From the NCBI GenBank assembly GCA_965204725.1, contig OZ242005.1, positions 1,504,001-1,568,000 on the forward strand: DNA of 64,000 bases, in the 5' to 3' direction. Under the pieces are notes generated by a model that saw only the letters and a program-made list of their open reading frames with translations, searched no databases and was not told the DNA's origin. The stretch's first letter is position 1. Each line of letters begins with the position of its first letter. The position numbers were made by a program, and so were the translations under genes. Source of the stretch: Candidatus Latescibacterota bacterium. Its GTDB lineage: Bacteria; Latescibacterota; UBA2968; UBA8231. This document shows positions 29,860 to 38,604 of the stretch, in pieces.

Positions 29860-31902
29860 ATGAAACGTCCAAATTTGTGGCTTTGGTTTTTTGCGGTCGC
29901 ATCGGCGACGGGTGCGGCGGCCGACATTTCTTTGTGGAAGATCGGGGGAAACGGCCTCCGCTGGGCCGATAGCGACTCGGCCCAAGTCATGATCGACTTT
30001 GCCGGGCCGCACAACTCAATCCAGCCGGTGCTGGTCCGCGCCGATACAACCGTCTTTCCCCTGCTCGGCAACTGGTCGCCGAAAAAGAATCCAGACGAGC
30101 TGGGGTTTGTCGATGGCGAGCGTCCTCGCGCTTGGAAGGGCTGCTGCGGCACCTCTTCGACGGTTGACAACGCGCTCAACCTCATTGACGGCAGCGGCGC
30201 CACGTACAATCCGGTCACCAGCAACAGCATTGGCGGCGAGTACTATACCATTGATTTGGGCGTGCCCGTCCCCCTGTTTCGCTTTGCCATGACGACGCCA
30301 GACCGGGGGTTTTTTCGCTCGGACGGGACGCCGCTCGAAGAAGACGCGGTCCCGGCCTTTGAGGTGTCGATTGCCGCCGATACAAATCCCGATGTGCTGA
30401 ATACGGCCAACCCCATCGGCACCGTCATCGCCGAAGCGCGGGAGAATGTCTCCGCCAAAATCTCGGCCAACTTTCCGCTGCAATACGTGCGCTACGTGCG
30501 CTACAAGCGCAAGAATTCAATTCTCGACGAGGCGACGAACCAGTCGTCCGGGCATTCGGGCACCGCGCGTAAGGGGACGGTGGCCGAGTTTTTTCTCTGG
30601 GGCGAGGGCATCCCCAAGCGGGCCACCTATAAGACGACCATTTTCGACCTCGGCCCGGTCGTCAACTTAGGTCGGCTGTTCTGGCAGGCCACGCCCATGC
30701 GCCTAGTGGACGGCGTGGCCGAGGAAGCCCCGGACGCCAACGTGTGGGTCGAAGTGGAAGCGCGCACCGGGATCGACGCGAGTCCCGACATTTATTACGA
30801 GTACACGGATATGGGGACGCGCGTCGTGGTGGAGCAGGGCCGCTATCAGGGCGTGCTGAAAAACCAGAGTGCGCCCGTGACCAATGCCGATGGCTTGGGA
30901 GGCACCCTGACCCTTTCCACGCGGCCCAAACCGGGCATCCGCGCCGGCATTGAGTACGACCAACAAAACTGGACGTTTTGGTCCTTTCCCACGACCGAGT
31001 CCGACCGGCCCCTCAACCTCAACCGAGGGTCGCATTTGCAGGTCAAGGTGGTGCTGCACAGCGAGCGGTTCGACGAGTTTGTGCGCCTCGATTCCCTGTG
31101 GATTGAGACCTCGCCGACCTTGGCCCGGCGCGTCGTGGCCGAGGTGGCCGAGCTCGCCCAGCCCAATCCGGTGCGCGGCGTGGCCGAGGTGGCCTTGGGC
31201 GAGAGGACGGACTTCGCCTACGACATCCAAGCGGAATTCGCCGCCAGCGAGGTGGGGTTTGACGCCCTGCGGATTCGCACCGGCAGCCCCCAGACCGAGT
31301 TCAAGGGGCTAGAAGTGAATGGGGTCGCCACCGATCCGGCCGGGGTGGAGGTTGTAGGAGACGACTTTGTCGTGCAACTGCCGCAGCGCGTGAGCCGCGC
31401 GTACAACCCGAGCTTGCGGGTGATCTTTGCCGCCGAGGTCTTCGACTTTGCCCACACCTTTGGCGGCGAGGTCTTCAACGCCGGTAGCACAGACCTGCCG
31501 CAGCCGGTTGAGGGCGGGGACGTCAGCGCCGCAATCGGCACCAATAGCCTGCGGGTCTTGGCGGCCAGCGCGGCCAATCCGCAGTTGGTTCAGGACGTGC
31601 AGTTTTCCAGCGGCGTGGTCACGCCCAACGGCGACGGGGTCAACGACGAGTTGGTCATTTCCTACGCCCTGTTCGCGCTGCCGCAATCGGTGCCGGTGCG
31701 GTTGCAGGTGTTTTCGCTGGACGGCCGCCGGGTGGCGCAAGTCGAGCGCGGCCAGCAGGGGTCCGGCCCCCAGCGCTTGCAATGGAACGGCCGCGACCAG
31801 CGCGGTGCCATGCTCGCTCCGGGCCTTTATCTGTTGGGCATCGGCATTGAGGCCGAAGACAAGAGCGGCCTCCAACTGCGGCCCATTAACCTCGCGTATT
31901 GA
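29860..31902 (+). CDS. Secreted discoidin-like/Ig protein with PNGDG-FlgD-Ig C-terminal domain (paralog 2)
   Basis: AGGAGG RBS, signal peptide, 'LIDG', 'IDLG', 'WTFWS', 'GFD.L', 'TPNGDGVND'. Ends INLAY. Confidence 0.75.
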   Translation: MKRPNLWLWFFAVASATGAAADISLWKIGGNGLRWADSDSAQVMIDFAGPHNSIQPVLVRADTTVFPLLGNWSPKKNPDELGFVDGERPRAWKGCCGTSSTVDNALNLIDGSGATYNPVTSNSIGGEYYTIDLGVPVPLFRFAMTTPDRGFFRSDGTPLEEDAVPAFEVSIAADTNPDVLNTANPIGTVIAEARENVSAKISANFPLQYVRYVRYKRKNSILDEATNQSSGHSGTARKGTVAEFFLWGEGIPKRATYKTTIFDLGPVVNLGRLFWQATPMRLVDGVAEEAPDANVWVEVEARTGIDASPDIYYEYTDMGTRVVVEQGRYQGVLKNQSAPVTNADGLGGTLTLSTRPKPGIRAGIEYDQQNWTFWSFPTTESDRPLNLNRGSHLQVKVVLHSERFDEFVRLDSLWIETSPTLARRVVAEVAELAQPNPVRGVAEVALGERTDFAYDIQAEFAASEVGFDALRIRTGSPQTEFKGLEVNGVATDPAGVEVVGDDFVVQLPQRVSRAYNPSLRVIFAAEVFDFAHTFGGEVFNAGSTDLPQPVEGGDVSAAIGTNSLRVLAASAANPQLVQDVQFSSGVVTPNGDGVNDELVISYALFALPQSVPVRLQVFSLDGRRVAQVERGQQGSGPQRLQWNGRDQRGAMLAPGLYLLGIGIEAEDKSGLQLRPINLAY

Positions 31903-31913
31903 GGAAAGCACTC

Positions 31914-34370
31914 ATGTACAATCGCGCCATTGCGTTCGCGTTGCTGCTTATCGGCCCGGTCCGCGCTGAGTTTCTCACCTTTGACAACCGGGCCGCTTGG
32001 GAGGCCAACTGGGCACTCAAGCCGCAGCTACATGTCTTTACGCCGCAGGGGCACTTGGGGTTGGTCCAGTTCCGCAAGGACATCAACGCCGCGCTCGACG
32101 CCCACCTCTTTACTCATCCGACGAATGAGCGCGGGGAGGTGGCCGGCGGCATCTGGTCGGTGCTGAGCAACCCAAACGACGCCCCCCGGATCATCGACGG
32201 GGACCCCGCGACCTTTTGGCAGCCGGCCGGGGCCGACCCGCTCGACAAGTGGATCGTGCAAATCGACTTGGGCCGCGCGGTCTTGGTCAAAGAGATCCGC
32301 ATCCATTTCCCGGACGAAGAGGGGGCCAAGCCCTTCCGCCAGTTCAGCGTCTTTGCCTCTACCGGTGCCCACGTCGCGGCTTTGGAGGATGTGTATCGCT
32401 TCGCAGCCGTCTATCGCACGACCAAACCCAACTTGGATAGCTATGTCAGTTTTGGCTTTAAGCCGGCCGTGGAGGATACCACCCGTGCGGTGGAGCAGCT
32501 CAGCGACGCCGGCGGCCGGGCGGACTTTACCGCGCCGGAGTTCACCGGCGATGCCAATACCGCCACCACCGGCGGCCGCAGCAAGCCCGTGGCGACCGGC
32601 CAAGTGAACTCGCGGGTGGCCGCCAACGATCGCTGGCAGATGATCCAGTTCATTCGCTTCATCGTGGATGAGCACCAGCTCGACGGCGCGCTCGCCGAAA
32701 TTGAGGTCATGGCCGTTGGCGACAACATCAGCTTGGGGGTCGAGGAAAAGGGCGGCACGTTCATCAATGGCTCGCGGGCGACCGACCCCTTCTTCTGGCT
32801 CGACGGCAACCTCAATACGTACGGGGTCATTGAGGTGCATCAGCAGTTTACTGAATCGCGCGGCACGGCCTTTGAAGGGGGCTTGTGGTGGCAGGTCGAT
32901 CTGGGGGCTACGTACTGGGTTGACGACGCGTTCGTCTATTGGCAAAAGGCCGGCGAGCGCCTCGCCGACTTCCGCTTGGGCACGAACAACGCCGGCACTG
33001 GGTACACCTTTTTCTCTTCCGACGGCACCGAGACCCTGACCGGCGACATCGACTTTGACACGTGGATTTTTGAACCGGAGTGGACCAATGCCCGCGAGCA
33101 ATACAAGCGGCACTACCGCTATTTGTTCAACCCGCGCAAGGTGCGGCACATCTTCTGGCTGGCCCTGCACGACTTGGGCTGGCGCGCCCATCCCATGGAG
33201 CTACAGATGTTTTCCCCGGGCTACCCAGCCGAAGTCGCGATCCAATCGAATTTTTTGGACCTGAGTGCGCTCGCCGGCGACGGGCAGCCCAAGGTCATCA
33301 AGGCCCTTCACTACGACGCCGACCTGCCGCCCAATACCCAGATTGAGCTGCGCTCCCGCTCGGGCAACGCGATGGGCGAGGTGTACACCTTTCACAACAA
33401 GATCGGCGAGGTCGTTTCCGAGGAGAAGTGGAAGAGCTCGCCCAAGGTGCTGCGGGGCCGCGTGGATACCTCGGTCGTGGTCGGGGAGGATTGGAGCGAG
33501 TGGAGCAATGGGTACAAGCTGGCGGTCGAGCCGTTTAAGTCGGACTCGCCGCGCAAGTTTGTGCAACTCGCGCTGGTTATGAGTACGGACGACCCGGCCG
33601 TGGCGCCGGCGGTGCGCTCGGTCTCGCTAGAGTATGTCGATGCGCTGGTCAACGAGGCGCACGGGTCGATTCGGCCGCGCCAAGCCAAGCCCAACGAGGC
33701 CACCCGCTTCACCTATATGCTGTGGCCGTCTGTGACCCCGGATAACGTGGGTTTTGATCGGCTGCGCTTGGTCGTGCCCGATTTGGTGCGGGCCGACGAG
33801 GTCGAGGTGACGGTCGCCGGCCAAGCGGTCGTGCCAGAATCCATGAAAATTGCGGCGGATTCGCTGCTGATCGACTTGCCGCAGGTGGTGCAAGGCGACT
33901 CGGTGCAGGTAGGCTTTACCACGCGGCTGGTGCAAAACGCCGCGGTGGTAGAAGCCGATCTGGGCCTGAGCGACGCGCCCGGCCTGTGGCAGGATGTGGA
34001 GCCGGCCGCGCGCCGGTCCAACGTGGTGCTCCTGCCCGAGTTAGCCGACAGCGACCGCTTGATTGGCGACTTGCAGCTTTCGACCCGAGTGCTCACGCCC
34101 AATGGCGATGGCGTCAACGATGCGGTCGAGCTCAGCTTCGTCGTCTTCAAGGCTCAACAGGCCGTGCCCAAGGTTGAGGTCAGCGACTTGGCTGGCCGGC
34201 CGGTAGTTTCGTTGACGCCGGTCGCACAGGGGCCGACCCGCCGCTTCAAGTGGAATGGCCGAGACGCCACCGGCGCGCTGGTGCCCCCGGGCATCTACCT
34301 CTGGCGCATCGACGTAAACGCCGACTCGGGCGACGCCACGGCGTTGCGCGTGGTCGAGGTGGCTTACTGA
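31914..34370 (+). CDS. Secreted tandem-discoidin/Ig protein with PNGDG-FlgD-Ig C-terminal domain (paralog 3)
   Basis: Two 'DG...T...DLG' units, 'RSRSGN', 'WSEWS', 'TPNGDGVND'. Ends VEVAY. Confidence 0.75.
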   Translation: MYNRAIAFALLLIGPVRAEFLTFDNRAAWEANWALKPQLHVFTPQGHLGLVQFRKDINAALDAHLFTHPTNERGEVAGGIWSVLSNPNDAPRIIDGDPATFWQPAGADPLDKWIVQIDLGRAVLVKEIRIHFPDEEGAKPFRQFSVFASTGAHVAALEDVYRFAAVYRTTKPNLDSYVSFGFKPAVEDTTRAVEQLSDAGGRADFTAPEFTGDANTATTGGRSKPVATGQVNSRVAANDRWQMIQFIRFIVDEHQLDGALAEIEVMAVGDNISLGVEEKGGTFINGSRATDPFFWLDGNLNTYGVIEVHQQFTESRGTAFEGGLWWQVDLGATYWVDDAFVYWQKAGERLADFRLGTNNAGTGYTFFSSDGTETLTGDIDFDTWIFEPEWTNAREQYKRHYRYLFNPRKVRHIFWLALHDLGWRAHPMELQMFSPGYPAEVAIQSNFLDLSALAGDGQPKVIKALHYDADLPPNTQIELRSRSGNAMGEVYTFHNKIGEVVSEEKWKSSPKVLRGRVDTSVVVGEDWSEWSNGYKLAVEPFKSDSPRKFVQLALVMSTDDPAVAPAVRSVSLEYVDALVNEAHGSIRPRQAKPNEATRFTYMLWPSVTPDNVGFDRLRLVVPDLVRADEVEVTVAGQAVVPESMKIAADSLLIDLPQVVQGDSVQVGFTTRLVQNAAVVEADLGLSDAPGLWQDVEPAARRSNVVLLPELADSDRLIGDLQLSTRVLTPNGDGVNDAVELSFVVFKAQQAVPKVEVSDLAGRPVVSLTPVAQGPTRRFKWNGRDATGALVPPGIYLWRIDVNADSGDATALRVVEVAY

Positions 34371-36709
34371 TGCCGAGGATTTGCTCCCTGCTCGCGGTTT
34401 TGTTGGTCTGCGGTCCGAGCCGCGCCGAGGAAATCCGCTTTGACACCCCGGCCGCGTGGGCGACTTGGGACATGCCCGTGGACATCATTGAGTTTGCAGA
34501 CGACGGCTCGCTGGAGCTAAAGCGGTTTCGCAAGCAGATCAACGCCACCCTCGACGCCCACCTGTTTAGCCAGCCGACCCAGACGCGCGGCCGAGTTGAA
34601 GGGGGAATATGGCAGGCCGGTTCCAATCCGGCCGCGGCCCGCCGCATCATGGACGGCGATCGGGCGACGGTGTGGCGTCCTAGCCCGTCCGACGATCTGG
34701 TTGATTGGGTCGTGACCATTGACTTGGGGCGGCCGGTGCTCGTCGAGCGCATCCGCTTGGTGTTTCCCGACCGCGCCGGTGCGCGTCCTTGGCGGCAATT
34801 CAGCGTCTTTACGGCCAATGGGGCGCGCATTCAGGCCACGGACGATGTCTTCAAGTTCGACCAAGCCTTTCAGACGACCCAGCCCAATCAAGAGCAGGTC
34901 GTCGATATTGAGCTGGTCGGCGAGCGCGACGTAACGCGGGTCATCGACGAAAGCCTCGAGCTGGAACCGGCCGCGCTGAACACCTTTCGCATGGTGCGGT
35001 TTGTGCGCGTGCGCGCCGACGCAAAAAGCGCGGATGCGGCCCTAGCCGAAGTGGAGGTGATCGCCGTGGGCGACAACATAAGCCTCGGAGTCTTGGCGCG
35101 CGGCGGCAGCTTTGACAACGGGCTTTTGGCACGCGAGCCGCAGAACATGTTCGACGGCATCACCGACACGTACGGCAATATATTCACCGTCAAGACCAAG
35201 GGCGGCTGGCGCGAGAGCGGGGTGTGGTGGGCCGTTGATTTAGGGGCGTTGTTTTGGCTCGACGAAGCCTTCATTTACTGGCAGAATCGCGGCGAGGGCC
35301 AGTCGAGCTTCCTGTTCGAGGGGTTGCATGCGGGCACCGGCTACCAAATCCTCTTTTCCGATGGCCGGCGCACCATTGCCGGCGATATCGACTACACGCC
35401 GCTCATTTTAGAACCCGCGCCGATGACCACGGCCGAGCGGGCCTTGCGCCACCACCGCTACGTGTTTGCCCCGCGCAAAATTCGCTACCTGTTCTGGCAT
35501 TCGCTGACGGATACCGGCTGGTTTTCCCACCCCATGGAGTTGATGCTGTTCTCCTCGGGCTATCCCGCGCAAGTGGTCTTGCGCTCGGAGTTTATTGACC
35601 TCGGCCAGTTCGCCGGCGACGACCGCCCCAAGGCCATTAAGCGCTTGCGCTGGGAGGCGACGCTGCCCGAGCAGACGCGGTTGCAGGTGCGCTCGCGCTC
35701 GGGCAATACCCTGCAAGAGCTATACACGTTTTACGACAAAAAGGGCGAGGAAGTCACCCAGACGCGCTACAACAGCTTGCCCAAAGTCATCCGCGGCCCC
35801 ATTGACACGGTGGTCTCCACCGGTGCCGATTGGAGTGCGTGGAGCAACTTCTACCAGTTTTCCGGCGAGGCGTTTAAGTCGGAGACGCCGCGCCGCTTCA
35901 TTCAGTTGGACTTAATGCTCTCCACAGAGGACCCAGCTGTCGCGCCGGTGTTACACGCCCTCAGCCTCGATTTTGAGGACGCCTTGGTCACTTGGGCGGC
36001 CGGTCAGGTCACGCCGCGCCACGCCGCACCCAACGAGGCGACGCGATTCACCTACGCCCTACAGACGAGCGCGAGCGCGGACGATTCGGGCTTTGATCGG
36101 CTGCGCTTTTCCACGCCGAGTGCTGTGGATGCCGCGGGTGTGCGGCTGTGGATCGGTGGGGCCGAACGCGCCGCACACGTGCGCGTAGCCGGGGATTCCC
36201 TGTTGTTCGTGGATTTACCGGAGACGGTGCTCACCGATTCGATCGCCTTGGAGTTCACGACCAAGGTGCTGCACAACGCCACGGTCTTTGCCGCTGATTT
36301 GGGGCAGGAGGCGCGGCCGGGGCTGTGGCAGTCGGTGGAGGCGGCCGAGCGGCAAGCGAACTTGGTGTTTTTGCCCGACCTGCCCGGCAGCGAGCGGTTG
36401 ATCGGCGACTTGCAGATCGCGCCGCTGGCCTTTTCGCCCAACGGCGATGGCGTCAACGACCGCCTGCACATTCGCTTTGCCTTGTTCAAGGCCGTCGATG
36501 TCACCCCGAGCGTCCGCATTTTCGACTTGGCGGGGCGGGAAGTGGTCCGCCTCGCGTCGTCAGGGGCAGGCGTTTTGCAGGCGTTTAGTTGGGACGGGTT
36601 GGATGCGTCGGGGGCTCGGGTCGCGCCCGGGGTGTACGCGTGCCGCATTGACGCGGGCGCCGCCGCTGGGCAGGGCCAAGTGGTACGCACCGTAGCCGTA
36701 GCGTATTGA
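34370..36709 (+). CDS. Secreted tandem-discoidin/Ig protein with PNGDG-FlgD-Ig C-terminal domain (paralog 4)
   Basis: TGATG overlap. Collinear with paralog 3 ('IN A.LDAHLF..PT..RG.V.GGIW', 'HPMEL'), 'SPNGDGVND'. Ends VAVAY. Confidence 0.75.
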   Translation: MPRICSLLAVLLVCGPSRAEEIRFDTPAAWATWDMPVDIIEFADDGSLELKRFRKQINATLDAHLFSQPTQTRGRVEGGIWQAGSNPAAARRIMDGDRATVWRPSPSDDLVDWVVTIDLGRPVLVERIRLVFPDRAGARPWRQFSVFTANGARIQATDDVFKFDQAFQTTQPNQEQVVDIELVGERDVTRVIDESLELEPAALNTFRMVRFVRVRADAKSADAALAEVEVIAVGDNISLGVLARGGSFDNGLLAREPQNMFDGITDTYGNIFTVKTKGGWRESGVWWAVDLGALFWLDEAFIYWQNRGEGQSSFLFEGLHAGTGYQILFSDGRRTIAGDIDYTPLILEPAPMTTAERALRHHRYVFAPRKIRYLFWHSLTDTGWFSHPMELMLFSSGYPAQVVLRSEFIDLGQFAGDDRPKAIKRLRWEATLPEQTRLQVRSRSGNTLQELYTFYDKKGEEVTQTRYNSLPKVIRGPIDTVVSTGADWSAWSNFYQFSGEAFKSETPRRFIQLDLMLSTEDPAVAPVLHALSLDFEDALVTWAAGQVTPRHAAPNEATRFTYALQTSASADDSGFDRLRFSTPSAVDAAGVRLWIGGAERAAHVRVAGDSLLFVDLPETVLTDSIALEFTTKVLHNATVFAADLGQEARPGLWQSVEAAERQANLVFLPDLPGSERLIGDLQIAPLAFSPNGDGVNDRLHIRFALFKAVDVTPSVRIFDLAGREVVRLASSGAGVLQAFSWDGLDASGARVAPGVYACRIDAGAAAGQGQVVRTVAVAY

Positions 36710-36724
36710 GGATTGAGGAATGCC

Positions 36725-38599
36725 ATGACTGTCGCCCCGGCCGTGTACCGCGAGCAAAAGTGGATCATCTCGCCTTTTGGCGACCTGTTCTTTTTTATTG
36801 GGACGCCGCTGTTGTGCTTGGTGACCATGCTGCCCTTGCGGGCCGCGTTTGACTCGCAGACCATTGCGTTTTACGCGCTGGCCCTGTTTGCCACCGGCCA
36901 TCACTTGCCGGGTTTTATGCGCGCCTACGGCGACCCCGCGCTCTTTAGCACCTTCAAGGAGAAGTTCGTGGTCGCGCCGATCGTCGTCCTCATGGTGGTG
37001 GCGTTGGCGCAGTTCAACACCCTGCACGGGCTTTTCCTGATCGTCTTGGTGTGGGAGATCTGGCACCTCTTTATGCAGCACTACGGCATCATGCGGATCT
37101 ACGATGCCAAAAACAAAATTTTCTCCAAGATCGACGCCCGGCTCGACTGGCTGTTGACCTTGTGCGCCTTTGTAACGGTGGTCATCTATAGCCCCGAATA
37201 CTTTCACCGCATCCTAGACCACAACCAGCGAGTCGGCGTGCCCTTCCTGTCGGCCGAGTGGACGTTCCTGCTCAAAAAGGGGCTGTTCTACGTTACTATG
37301 GCCGTGCTCGCGGCCTACTTGGCCAACATCGTCCGGCGGGCGGTCACCGGCCAGAAGATCAGCCTGCCCAAGATCGCGGTGATGGCGACTACCGTGTTTA
37401 TCATCTACTACGGCTGGATCCACATCAACGACCTCGTCATTGGCTACGCGGCCTTTGCCGTTTTCCACGACATTCAGTACTTCGCCATCGTCTGGATCTA
37501 CAACAACAACCTCGTCAAAAGGCAGGAGCAGACGACCAAGCTCCTGCGGACCTTCTTTACCACGCGCACCGTGCCGATCCTCGTCGCGTACGTGCTCGTG
37601 TGCTTTGCCTACGGTAGCATCAACATGATGGAAGGCTTCCTCAAGTCTGAGCAGGCGATCAAAATGGTCGAGATCTTCGTCATCACCTCGACGCTTTTGC
37701 ACTACTACTTCGACGGGTTTATCTGGAAAATCCGCGACCGCAAAAACCAAGCCAATCTAGGGATCAAGGCCGAAGCGGGCGCGGACCGCATTGGGTTGCG
37801 GGCCTTGCCCAGCGGCTTGGTCGCGTACGTGCGCGAGGCCGGCCGGCAGTTGGCCTATTTTGCGGTGCCGGTGGTGCTGCTCTCGCTGTTTCAGTTTTAC
37901 TGGACAGCCAGCGAGGCCGAGGCGCGGGAGAAGATGGTCGAATTGTTCCCGGACTTGGCCGGCGCCCACAACAATCTCGGCGTCTTCTATGCGCGGCAGG
38001 GCGATTGGGAACGGGCGGCTGGCGAGTATCGGCGAGCGCTTGCGCTGGATGACGGGGCCTATGAGGCGCACAAGAACCTCGGCTTACTCTATGCGCGGCA
38101 GGGCTTGCTCGACGAGGCGCACCTACACTACCAGCAGGCGATAGACCACAAGCCGCGCTACGTCGAAGCGCTCAACGCGCAGGGCTTGGTTCTTTTGCAG
38201 CGGGGCGAGTTCGCTCAGGCCGAGCAACGCTTCCGTGCGGCCCTCGACGAGTTCGACTATGCCCCGGCGTACAACAACCTCGGCACGGCCTATTTGCAGA
38301 TGGGCAATGTGCCGCAGGCGCTCGCGGCCTACGAAAAGGCCGTCGCGCTCGACCGGCTGGACGCCTCGCACCACTTCAACTTGGGGTTGGCCTTGCAGAA
38401 GGCCGGCGAAGATGAGCGGGCGGTCACCGCGTTTGCGGCCGCGCTCTCCGTTCAGCCGCGCCACGTCAAAGCCTATTTGAGCATGGCGCTTTCCTACCAG
38501 CGGCTGGGGCACCTCGCCGAGGCGCGGCAGGCGCTGCAGCAGTTGTTGGCGGTGGAGCCGAACCACGCTACGGCCGCACGGCTGCTGGCGCGGCTGTAA
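36725..38599 (+). CDS. Multi-pass membrane protein with conserved His motifs fused to C-terminal TPRs
   Basis: About 9-10 TM helices with 'GHH', 'WH.FMQHYG', 'FHDIQY', 'LHYYFDGFIWK', then about 6 TPRs. Confidence 0.75.
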   Translation: MTVAPAVYREQKWIISPFGDLFFFIGTPLLCLVTMLPLRAAFDSQTIAFYALALFATGHHLPGFMRAYGDPALFSTFKEKFVVAPIVVLMVVALAQFNTLHGLFLIVLVWEIWHLFMQHYGIMRIYDAKNKIFSKIDARLDWLLTLCAFVTVVIYSPEYFHRILDHNQRVGVPFLSAEWTFLLKKGLFYVTMAVLAAYLANIVRRAVTGQKISLPKIAVMATTVFIIYYGWIHINDLVIGYAAFAVFHDIQYFAIVWIYNNNLVKRQEQTTKLLRTFFTTRTVPILVAYVLVCFAYGSINMMEGFLKSEQAIKMVEIFVITSTLLHYYFDGFIWKIRDRKNQANLGIKAEAGADRIGLRALPSGLVAYVREAGRQLAYFAVPVVLLSLFQFYWTASEAEAREKMVELFPDLAGAHNNLGVFYARQGDWERAAGEYRRALALDDGAYEAHKNLGLLYARQGLLDEAHLHYQQAIDHKPRYVEALNAQGLVLLQRGEFAQAEQRFRAALDEFDYAPAYNNLGTAYLQMGNVPQALAAYEKAVALDRLDASHHFNLGLALQKAGEDERAVTAFAAALSVQPRHVKAYLSMALSYQRLGHLAEARQALQQLLAVEPNHATAARLLARL

Positions 38600-38604
38600 G
38601 CGGC

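Noticed and set aside
17349-36709. Flagellar hook-cap (flgD) genes
   Set aside because: Only the generic FlgD-type Ig domain is present, at the C-terminus of Sec-exported proteins, and there are no flagellar genes nearby.
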